The notes below the pieces were generated by a model that was not told the DNA's origin, made no database searches, and saw nothing but the letters and a program-made list of their open reading frames with translations. DNA of 60,215 bases, the filler included, from Basidiobolus ranarum (Eukaryota), in assembly GCA_040143965.1 (NCBI GenBank). It is 7 parts of 7 records of this genome, joined end to end, with 100 filler letters (N's around TTAATTAATTAA, not from the genome) between each part and the next. Parts side by side here need not be neighbours in the genome. Positions count along the whole stretch, not along the records: positions 43,133 to 51,631 come from JASJQH010000962.1; positions 51,732 to 60,215 come from JASJQH010000963.1; 5 more parts are not named here. One strand, given 5' to 3'. This document shows positions 49,301-60,215 of the stretch, one piece after another. The stretch's first letter is position 1; every line of letters starts with the position of its first letter. Position numbers and translations under genes: made by a program.

Positions 49301-50031
49301 TCTAAGTACCTATATGACACAAATTAACACATGGAATAAGCAGAAATCTCAATTGAACAGAAAATTCAAGATGAATCTCAAGCAAAGGATCTTGACAATG
49401 CTACAAGCAAATATTGTTAAATGGTTGCCACTATGGTTTTACAAGTAATAATCTTGATGAATTGATTCTCTAGGATATTCTTGATGAAAAGTATGGGAAT
49501 GAATACCATAGGAAAAACAAGGAAACCCAAGCATACTAGTAGGAGCTTGGTAATAAGATGAGAGGAAAAGAAAACTGGTAGGAGTGCAATGAGAAATGGG
49601 TGAAAAACTAGAGATACAAGAATTGTATGTTATGCAAACCTAAAATGTTTTTGAAAGGGAATGATGCATTGTGGAATACAATTCAATAACTATCAATGAA
49701 ACTTTAAGGAACTTGTTGAGGCTACAAACACCATCTGGACTCCAGAGACTCTCAAGAATAAGATCAAAACTCTGTTTCATCGTTTCAAGACTGCAGGGTG
49801 AATATATTGTATAGCTCTATGCCTAAGCAAACTGCTTTTTTTGTTAATGCTATTGGTATTAAATTTTCAAAACTAAAGATGCAGCCAAATTATGTCCATG
49901 ATTAAGAAAATATGCTCACATAACCTTACACTGTATGGTATGGTTTATACTGGAAGCTAATGAAAGACCACTTCTTTGTTAGAATAACAAACCTGGCCTC
50001 CTTGTATTTTCATGCTTATTGAATGTGCCTT

Positions 50032-50665
50032 AGAGAATTAGAGAAATGGGTGAGTTTCTCTTTTAGTGCATAGAGTTGAAAGTCAACGTACATAGCTTTG
50101 TCAATATGTTAGCAAACTAAATGTAGAATGTGCTAAGGAAGTCTCAGGAACATATGTGCAAACTTTGGGGCTTCTTTGAACCACCAATATATTAGAGAGC
50201 TGTAAATTTAGTAAAGTATTCCAAAGAAATTGCAATAGAGAAAATGGGTGATATACTGTTGAGATGTAAGATAACTAACTACTAAGCTATGTATGACTAA
50301 ATTGGTGCTTAGACAATGCTATTTTCAATACTCTCCTTCAACCAGACAGTTGTATACCCTAATTCTAAGGAAGGTTTAAATATCAATAATTTTGTCTAGC
50401 AAATGGTAAAAAATGAGCAAACATGCATTCTATTGGACAATAACTAAAGTCAAACAATATTTACTCCTGAGTTTCTCTATAAAAATAATTTCCAATATCT
50501 TTATGATTGCTTCTAGTATTTAGCATGGGATTTCTGACTTATTTGCTACAACCTTAAGTATTCTTGATCAATATATTCAGTGATATTGGAGAATAGCTCA
50601 AATCTGGTGCAAGTTCTGCTAACCATCATGCTTCTGTTGCTACTTTACAAGTAACTAGATGTGCT
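50032..50665 (-). mobile_element. Copia RNase H remnant, PPT and family-1 3' LTR
   Basis: The reverse strand shows ggttgaaggagag-tattgaaaatagc, paralleling 26333-26360. Confidence 0.75.
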
Positions 50666-50668
50666 GCT

Positions 50669-51540
50669 CCCTAACAGAGATTTGAGGATTGTTATTGTGA
50701 GAAAACCTTCACAATTTTAATCCATTTGGGATAGACCATTTACTGACCATCATAAAATCAGCAAGTTGAATATGATTTTTATCAATTTTTTCAGTTACAG
50801 GAGTAAAGTTCAAAGATCTTGCAAAATAGTTGTGCATGATTGGCTACAATCACAGAGAACTATTGATCAGCATGTGTGCAAAAAACATAACTCAACTTTT
50901 ACACAATTACCACTTAAACACTATTTTGTCACATTTGAAATCTCTAGTCTGTTTGATATATTCTCCTGAATATTTTTATAGAGTTCTTCCTCCCAAGGTT
51001 TATCTTGTAACCTGTACAAGTTTGCATCAATATCTTCATCAAAGCCCACTATTGTATTAATGTTGCTGAATCAACATTCTTCCAGCTATCTAATGGATAC
51101 CCTGCAATATTGTGCCACTCTGTATTAAGTTCTTCCCAGATATCTGCATGGTCAACACCAGACTGAATGTCAAGCTGAATGTTCTTCTTCTGAAGCCACT
51201 TTTTGCATACTTGCACTGCATTTTTATATATAATGCCTTCCAAAGTGGATAGTGGATTGCTAGACTGCTCATCAATTAAGTCCTCTGCTCTTGCAGGTTT
51301 TTTTCCTTTTGTGCCAGCAGACTTTGGAATGGAAGCCAATTTTGACTTTGATTTTTATTGCTTTTTGAATAGCATTGAAATTTTCAGATGTTAAACTTGG
51401 TGAAATGAAGTTGCTTAGACACAGCTTATAATAAACCAAATTTGCCATCCATTACCAGAAATATCTTTTAAATCCCCTGATTACTCATCAGTGACACCAT
51501 CTCACAATCAGCTGATGATATTGATGGGCTATACTTAAAA
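50669..51540 (-). mobile_element. Internally deleted copy of the CCCCTAACAG-ended element
   Basis: Matches 40938-41490 and then jumps to 42800-43030. Confidence 0.78.
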
Positions 51541-51631
51541 TACCACCCTTACATGAGAGGTGTTCTTTTTTTTACAATATCCTTCTCATGCAGCAACACA
51601 AACATTTAAAGAAGCCCTGCTATCATTGTCA

Positions 51632-51731
51632 NNNNNNNNNNNNNNNNNNNNNNNNNNNNNNNNNNNNNNNNNNNNTTAATTAATTAANNNNNNNNNNNNN
51701 NNNNNNNNNNNNNNNNNNNNNNNNNNNNNNN
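51632..51731. other. Artificial contig linker
   Basis: Same 100-nt spacer. Confidence 0.97.
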
Positions 51732-51980
51732 AATGCAATGTCCAGCTTTCTGTTGAATAATATGCTGGTGCCTGACAAAAGAATATACTGGCTTCAGCAT
51801 CCTTTGAGAATGATCAGATAAAAAGAGTATATCCAATCAAAAACAACTGTAAACTCAGCCAGCAGGGTCTTGAACAAGGATGCACTAGTAGTGATTTATT
51901 CAAGGATATGAAAAAGTTCCTTGCCTATGCAGACAAAGCTAGGGAAAAATTTATAAAGTATCAGAAATATAACACCTACC

Positions 51981-52642
51981 TGTCAGTACTTCCTTTGAGC
52001 TGGTCAAGTTCTTTCTAGTCACACAGTAGCCTGTAACTGCCTCTAGTAGTCTCTCTTGAGCTTCCTCTTCAAAGGTCTTGTAAGCGGTGGTGAAAATAAG
52101 AGGTGATCACAAGTAGTAATTGTTAGTTGAAAACCAGGATGATTTTTATTTGAAAAGATATGGCTCCTATTTATACTTTTCTGAAGGTAGATATGATTAC
52201 TAATGAGAATTTCCAGAAAGTTCCAGAGAATTCTATTGGTGGGGATCTGGGGTTATGATATCATCATAAATCATAAGATTAGTAATCCATGGAATGTTCC
52301 GGAAGGTTGTAGAATAATCCAGAAAGTCATGGAATGTTCCGGCAAAATCAAGTTTTGATTGGTCAAAACTCAATCAATCATCAAATATTCCAAGAATCTT
52401 GTGGAATGTTCCGGAAGATTGTAGAATTTTCCAGAAAATAATAGGGCTAATGTGGGTTAATACTGATAAATCTGAAGTAATAGGGGATAATACTAATAGT
52501 GTGATATGATTGGCTAGAAAATATAGGTAAGTCAAATAAGGATAATAAAATAGAAACTGTGTGATAGTAATGATATGAGCTTGGAGTGGAAATCAGTCAA
52601 CCTGCCAGTGGGTAGCAATGCTACCCCACTACAGCGGTGACA
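51981..52642 (-). mobile_element. LTR-like element (third family)
   Basis: TGTCA...TGACA ends, minus-strand TATAAATAGGAG at ~52165-52176, three GGAATGTTCCGG repeats and a terminal hairpin GTGGGTAGCAATGCTACCCCAC. No clean TSD. Confidence 0.55.
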
Positions 52643-52869
52643 TTACATGTAAGGTCTAAGTGGAAATAAACTATGGGTGGGATGACATGATTGGTTGGGT
52701 TTCACGGAAAGTTCTACAGAACATGACTGCTATACAAGGTAACTGGGTTGAACTACCACAAAACTGCCAAGAAAGGATTGCACAGCAGATATGTTGTCAT
52801 AACCTAATAATAGAAGACTTCTATTTGCAGTGGATGAGTGTGCTGAGATCAGAATCATGCCACAAGAAG

Positions 52870-55800
52870 AAATGGGTGACAGTTGTTCCGCATAGACTCA
52901 GTAGCAATGCAATTCTTACAAATTCATAAATATTCCGCATGTTTCAATGAATTGCGCATGAATTTTCCCAAAAAGGGTCCTAATTGTGAGGCACAGAGTC
53001 ATTCAAAATGGAATTGCAACACATTCATTGAGAAAGATTTAAACATGATGGGATCAAAAATGAGCTCTAATTGTTTGGGACAAAGTCAGTACTTATGGAA
53101 TTCATACTACTTTAACAATAAAAGAATGTGTTGCAGATGACTTATGCATAAAGTTACTACAAATGTATTTAAATGGTATCACAATCAATGGTGATGAGTG
53201 TGTCCTGATAGATTTGAAAAAGTAACTAAAGTATTAGAAACTGAGTCAGTTATATCGAAATTCTTATAAATTCAATGAGAACAAAGTGTGTTCTAATAAA
53301 TTCAAGCATGAAATGATGAGAAATGGACTCTGCTTGCTGGCAAAGAGTCAGGACTGATGGAATTCTTACAAATTTATGAGTACAGATTGTGCTTCAACAG
53401 GTCTATATGTGAAATGATCAGAAATAGACACTAATTATGTGGCACAGTTTCATTACTAAGGAAACACTTACTAATCCCACAAGAAAAAATGCAATGGGAA
53501 AAGAGTGTGTTGCAGTTGATTAAAGCATGTAATGATTAGATATGGGCTCTGATTCTTTGGCACAGAGTCAAAACTGATGAAGTTCTGACAAAGGTTAAGG
53601 AGAAGATCAAGAGTTCTAATGAAGACATGAGTGACAAGATCTGATATTGGCCCTAATTGTTTGGCACAGAGTCAATACTAATGAAATTCTAATTATTTTA
53701 ACAACAAAGGAGGGTGTTCTAGTCAATTTATTTGTTAAATAACAAGAAATGGGTTTTTGGAACAGGCTGTGTATAAGTAGATTCAAACATGAAAATACCA
53801 TACATGGATTCTAATTCAGAGTCTTAAACTCTGTTCTTGTGACAATCCTGAAGTCAGTACAAATGAAATTCTGATTAATTCAATGCAAAAAGATGGTGTT
53901 TTGACAGATTTACACATGAAATGATCAGCAACAAGCTTGAATTGTTTTGCACAGAGTCCAATTTGATGAGTGTTTTTAAAGTCAAATGTGAACAGCATGT
54001 GTTCTTGTTGATATATATGAGTCTACCCCAAATGTGGTTTAACTGGCAGTCACAGATTAAGTAGTAAGAAATTTCCATCTAATTAAATGAAAAATCAGTA
54101 TTTTCTAACTGAATATTACATAAAATTATTAGAAATGGGAACTAGTTTCAGGTGCAGACCCAGATCAGAAGGAAGCCTTCATATTCAATATGAAAGAATG
54201 TGTTCTAATAGATCTACCAATGAAATGATCATAATTAGGCTCTCATTGGTTGAAACCAAGTCATTAATGATGAATTATTGACAAATTTAATGAGGAAATC
54301 CTTCTTTAATATATTTACAAAGAGAATATTAACAAATTGTCTCTAATTGTTTGGCACAGAGTCAGTACTAATAGAATACTTCTATTTCAGAAAGAAAAGA
54401 TTGTTTTTCAGTTGTTGTATATATGTAATACTTGAATTGCATTCATTTTGTTTAGCCCAGAGTCAGTACTAATGGATTTGAGCAAACTGAATGGGAAAAC
54501 AGTATGTTCAAATAAATCTAAGCTTGATATGCACAGAAATGGCCTTTGCTTGCTGGCACAGAGTCAGAACTATTGAAGTTCTGACAAAACCAAGGAAAAT
54601 ATAATATGTGGTTGATAGAGTTAAGTCTGAAGTTCCAGAAATTGGCTTCAATTGGTTGGCACAGTGTCAGTTCTAATTACATTCTGACATATTCAATGAG
54701 AGAAGAGTATTTTCAAATGGATTGACACTTGTAATAATCAGAAACAGGCTCCAATTGCTTGGCACTGAATCAGTATTAAAGAAGTTCTGGCTAATTCAAT
54801 CAGAAAACCATGTTTTCAAGGAGGTTTTTGTGCATAAAATGATCAGAAAGAGGTTCTTATTGCTTGGTACAAAGTGAATTCCAATGCAATTCTTGCAAAT
54901 TGAACAAAAAATGTGTTAGTTCTAAAGATACTCATTAAACATTTACACATCAAATGATCAGAAATAAGCTCTATTTGTTGGTCACTTAGTTGGTACTAAT
55001 CTAGTTCTGACATTTTCAATGAGAGAATAGTTAGTTCATATAACTATCTATGCATAAAATTATCAGAAGAGGGTACAAATATCTTGACACTCAGTTCAAA
55101 TGAAATTCACAGAGTCAGTACTAATGAATATCAAACAAATTTATTGAAAAAAGAGTGCTGCATCAGAGCTTATGCATGCACTCTGAGTTTCCAGATATAG
55201 GCCCTAAATGTTTGGCACAGAGTTGGTACTAATGGAATTCATTCAAATTCAATGAGGTACATTTTGCTCCAAAATATTGAAACATGAAATGATTAGAAAT
55301 CTGCTCTAATTGTTTGGCCCAGAGTCAGTACTATAGAAATTTGTTCAAATTCAATACAAAAAGAGCATGTTCTAGTTTCTTTATGTGTGAAATTCCATAA
55401 ATTGGCTCTATTTTGTGTCACAGCATCAGTTCTAATATAATGATTTCATATCCAAAGACATAAATGTGTGTTCTCAAGGAATTATGCATGAAATTTAAGA
55501 AGAAGGTTCCAAAAGTTTGGCACACAGTCTGTACTAAAGAGGTTTTGGCAAATTCAATGAGAAAGTAGTGTGTCCTAATAGATTTAAAAATCAAATATCC
55601 AGAAGTAGGCTTTAAGTGCTAGGCACAAAAGCCTGTATTATTATTTACCTACTAATTCAACAAGAAAAAAGTTACTTCTAGTTATTATATGTATGAAATT
55701 ACAAGATATGCATTCTTATTATTTTATACAGAGTTAGTATTAATGTAACTCTTAGGAATTTATTAACAAAAGAGTACAACCTAATTGATATATGCAAGTC

Positions 55801-58800
55801 CTTCCCAGTGGAATTCTTACAAATTTATTTTTGTAAAAGAGTCCATGCTAATAGATTCAAGCAGAAAACAATCAGAATTCAGTGAGTTCTAGTGCAATTC
55901 CTTACAATCCAATGAGAAAAGAGTGTGTTCAAATTGATTTTCAAATGAAATGATCTCAAATAGTTGCTAATAGTTTGGCACTGAGTCATAACTAATGGAA
56001 TGGTTAGAGGTTGGAGTAGAAAGGAAGTGTTCTATAGATTTATGCATGGTTTGTAAAGAAATGAACTCTGCAAGTTAATTTCAGAGTCATATTTAATAGA
56101 CCTCTTTCAAATTCAATATGAGAGGGGTGTGTTCTAAATGATATGAGCATAAAACAATTAGAATTGGGCTCCAATTCTAAGGCACAGAGATGGTCCTGAT
56201 GGAGTTCCTTGAAATCCAATTACAGATGAGTATGTTACAATGGAAGAATGCAAAAAAAGATCCAACATAGGCCTCAAACACTTGGCACAGAGTTAGTACT
56301 GATGGAATTCTATCAATACAATGGGAAAAGTATCAATTGTGCAATACTCACTCATCAGATGATTGGAAATAGGCTCCTACTGCATAGCACAGAGTGATTG
56401 CCAATGGAATTCTTTCAAATCCAATGATAAAAGAGTCTGTTCTCATAGATCTTAGCACAAAATGGTTTGAAATAGGGTATAATGCTTGGTGTAGAGTCAC
56501 TTCTAATGGAATGCTTCCAAATTCAAAGGAAAAGGGTGTGTTCTGATAGACCTAGGCATTTATAAATCAAAAAAGGATGATAATTCAAGGGCTCGGAGCC
56601 ATTTCTATTGTATTTCTAATGAATGCATAATCAAAACTATGTGCTTGCATGAATTGATACAGAAAATATCTACAACAAGGCCCTAATTGCTTGGAACAGA
56701 TTCATTATTGATGGGATTGCTTCCAATCAATGACAAAGGAATGTGTTCCAATAGATTGAAGCATCAAGTCATCAAAATAAGCTCTAACTGCTCAGCACAA
56801 AGTCAGCACTAATGGATAATTCTCAAATACAACAACAAAAGAGTATGTGTAAATAGATTTATGGATCAAATGATCAGATAGGCTCTAATAATTTGCACAG
56901 TCAGTACTGAAGGATACTTTTCAAATCCAACAATAAAAGAGTGTGTTTTAATAGATTTAAGGATTAAGTGATCAGAAACTGGCTCTGCCTATTTGGCACA
57001 GAGTTAATACTGGTGGAAATCAATCAAATTTGTTAAGTAAAGAGGATGCACAAACAGATTTATGTAGGAGTTGATCAGAGATTAACTCACACTGTTTGGC
57101 ACAGAGTCTGTTCTAATAGAATTGTTTCTAATCAAATGATAAAAGAATATATTCTGCTGGTTTAAAGATAAAATGATGAGGATTAGTCTTTATTAGTTTG
57201 AGGTAGGGTCAGTACCAAAAGAATGCTTTCAAATTCCGTAAGAAAGCAGTGTGTTCTAATAAAGTTTAGCATGAAATGATCGAAAATGGGCTCTGACTTT
57301 ATGGTGTATGGCAATTTCTGACAGAATTCTTTCATAGCCAATAACAAAGAAATGTTTTGCAATCTATTTATGCTTGTGATTTATGGAAATTGGCTGAAAA
57401 GTAAACTCTAATTGCTTGGCACACAGTCAGTACTAATAAAGTTCTAGCAAATTCAATGAGAAAAAAGTCAGTTCTGACAGTTAAACATATTAAATGATGA
57501 TCTATTTATGCTTATTTTTTTGCACAGAGTGAGCACCAATGAATTTCATTCAAATTCAATGATAATGAATGTACACTAAAGGACTTAAACATAAAATTAG
57601 CAGAAATGGGCTATAACCATTTGGCACAGAGTCAGTGCTGATGAATTTCTCTAATATGAATTGGGACAGAGTCTGTTGCAAGTACTTCAGCATGTGATAA
57701 GCAGCAATGGGTGCTAATTGTTTGGTGTAGAGTCAGTTCAAATCATATTACTTTAAATCCAATGACAAAAGAGTGTGTTCTAATGGATGAACCCATGAAT
57801 TTCCAAAAATAGCTTTTACTTGTTGAGCACAGAGTTGGTACTAATGGAGTTGATCCAAATTTAATGAGATTGAATGTGTTCTGCAAATAGAAGCCTAATA
57901 ATCCGAAATGTATTCTTGTTTTTTGTTGCCAAGTGAGTTCTAATGAGATTTGATCAGATCCAAAGCCAAAAAATGTGTTCTAACAGATTAATACATTGTA
58001 TGATCAGAACAGGCTCTCATGTCCTGACATAGAGTGGGTACTAAACTAGTTCTGATAAGTTCAATGAGAAAAGAGTCAGATATAACCATTAAATACATTA
58101 AAAGATGAACAATTTATGCAAATAGTTTTGGCACAGAGTCAGTACTAATGAATATCATTCAAATCCAATGATAGATAAGAGTGTTCTAATGGATTTAAAC
58201 AAACATGGGTGTTTACTCTATGGTCATGGTCAGTTCTAACAGACTCAAAAGCAGACTCTAATTATTTAGCACAGAGACAGTACTGATGGAGTTCTCATAT
58301 ATTAAAGGAGAAAAAAGACAAGTCAGAACTAATCAGAATATGTATAAACTAACTACTAAATAATGAGTTGCTATTTATCTAATTTCAACAATGGATAAGC
58401 CCAATATTCAGATAAGATTTCTAATTATTTGGTGCATATTCAGTTCTAATGAGATGCATTAAAATCTAATGGCAAAAAAGTGTGTTCCAACTGATTTATG
58501 CAACCACTGATTGAAAAAAAACTCTCACAGTTCAGCACAGAGGAAGCACTAAAGGAATTCTTACAAACTTGATGAGAAAATTGTGTGTTTCAATAAAATT
58601 TAGCATGAAAGTATTGTAAATGGGTGTTAACTCTCTGGTACATAGTCAGTTCCAATGGAATTCTTTCCTATCCAATGATAAAAAAGTGTTTCCTTATAAA
58701 TTTATGCATGTGATTTACAGAAATGAGCTGGAAAGTAGACTCTAATTGCTTGGCACTGAGTCAGTACTAATGAAGTTCTGATAAATTCAATGAGAAAAGA

Positions 58801-60215
58801 GTTAGTTCTAGAAGTTACACATTGAATAATGATCAATTTAGGCTCATAGCTTGGCACAGGATCAGAACTAATGAATTTCACCTGACTCTAATGATAAATG
58901 AGTGTGTTCTAAAGGGTTTAAACTTATAATTAGTGGAAACAGGCTCTAATTAAGTGGCAAAGAGTCAGTATTAATGGAATTGTTTCAAATTGATTGCAAC
59001 AGATTTTGTTGCAAATATTTCAACATGAATTGTTCAAAAAGAGATACTAAATGTCTGGTGCAGAGTCACTTTGAATGAAATTATATCAAATCCAATGACA
59101 AAAGCATGTGTGCACATGGAACTACCTATGAATTTCCAAAAGTAGACTGTAATATTTTGGTACACAGGCAGTACTAATAGTATTTATTCAAATTCATATG
59201 AAAGAATGTGAGCAGTATTGGTAAGCCAAATAATCAGAAATGGTTTCTGATTGTCTGCTGAAGAGTCAGTTCCAATGAGATTTGTTCAAATCCAATGACA
59301 AAAGAGTGTGTTCTAGTAGATTTATGCAAGAAAAGATCAGAAATATGCTCTCAAGGTTTGGGACAGAGTCAATAGTAATGGAAATTTTTAAAATTCCAAA
59401 GACAAAAGAGTGTGTTCTACTGGATTTAAACATCAAAGGATCAAAAATGGGCTTGAACTATCTTGCACAGAGTCAATATTGGTGGAATTTTATTAAGTTT
59501 GTTCAGAACAAAGTTTTTGCAAACAGATTTACATATAATTGCTCAGAAGTATATCCTCATTGTTTGGCTCAGAGTTGTACTTACAGAATTGTTTCACATC
59601 CACTGACAAAAAAACGTGTTCAAGCAGGTTTATGCCTGTGAAGATAAGAATTTGGCTCTAATTTTTTGGGGTAGGATCAGCACTAATAGATTGCTTTTTA
59701 ATTCCATAAGCAAACAGTGTGTACCAATAAAGTTTAGCGTAACAAGGTCAAAAATTGGCTTTGAATTTATGATACATTGTCAGTTCTAATGGAGTTCTTT
59801 CAAAACCTGCAGCAACAAAGTGTTTTCCAATGTATTTATGTATGTGATTTTGAGCAAAGGGCTTGAAGTTGACTCTAATTGCTGGCACAGAGTCAGTACT
59901 ATTGAATTCTGACAAATTCAATGAGAACAGATTCAGTCCAACCAATTTACACAACCAATCATCATCAGCTTAAGCTAATTATTTGTACAGTGCTAGTACT
60001 GATGGCTATCATTCTAATCTAATAATAAATGAATGTGTTCTAAAGGATATTAGCATGTGATTCTTAGAAATGGTCCTGGGGTGTGGGGCACAAATATATC
60101 ATACATTGTCAGTCTCAATGGAATTCTTTCAACTGTTATGACAGCCATGTGTTTTCCAATTGACTTATGCATGTGCTTGACCAAGATGCACTGGCAAGTA
60201 CATGTTATTGCTTGG
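52870..60215. repeat. Degenerate tandem satellite, ~102-103-bp monomer, roughly 70 copies
   Basis: The anchor GGCACAGAGTCAGTACTAATGGAATTC recurs at 54353, 54555, 54658, 54761, 55214, 55316, 56181, 56284, 56995, 57098 and elsewhere. Confidence 0.92.
58330..58390 (-). mobile_element. Family-2 LTR end fragment inside the satellite
   Basis: taaactaactactaaataatgagttgctatttatctaatttcaaca matches 47089-47134. Confidence 0.75.

Noticed and set aside
1-60215. Apparent gradient from gene-rich DNA to TEs to satellite, suggesting an approach to a centromere
   Set aside because: The segments are unrelated contigs sorted by length, so their order carries no positional meaning.
52870-60215. 102-bp unit as a 34-aa TPR-like coding repeat or a CRISPR-like array
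   Set aside because: Unit length varies from 100 to 105 bp and frames shift between units. No long ORF or TPR consensus exists, and the whole unit is homologous, so there are no unique spacers.

Overview
Eukaryotic, AT-rich, intron-containing fungal DNA. The gene set and the bacterial-type genes suggest an early-diverging fungus such as Basidiobolus, which is an inference only. The window is not one locus. It holds seven independent ~8.5-kb contigs (8539, 8533, 8528, 8522, 8510, 8499, 8484 bp, sorted by length) joined by 100-nt N/TTAATTAATTAA linkers. Contig 1 has housekeeping genes (PSH1-like RING E3, RAD1, BUD27/URI). Contig 2 has a bacterial flagellin D1-only gene, an ammonium transporter, an intronless secreted Yellow/MRJP gene and a spliced homeobox gene. 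Contig 3 has a PDR ABC transporter, solo LTRs and a sugar porter. Contig 4 has Copia/CACTA remnants, an NmrA-like gene, a secreted actinobacterial-like protein and the thioesterase end of an atromentin-synthetase-like NRPS. Contigs 5-6 are nested, decayed Copia and CMC/CACTA elements plus a tRNA-like sequence. Contig 7 is an LTR-like element followed by a ~7.3-kb degenerate ~102-103-bp satellite with higher-order structure. The most notable item is the truncated flagellin homolog embedded in fungal DNA.
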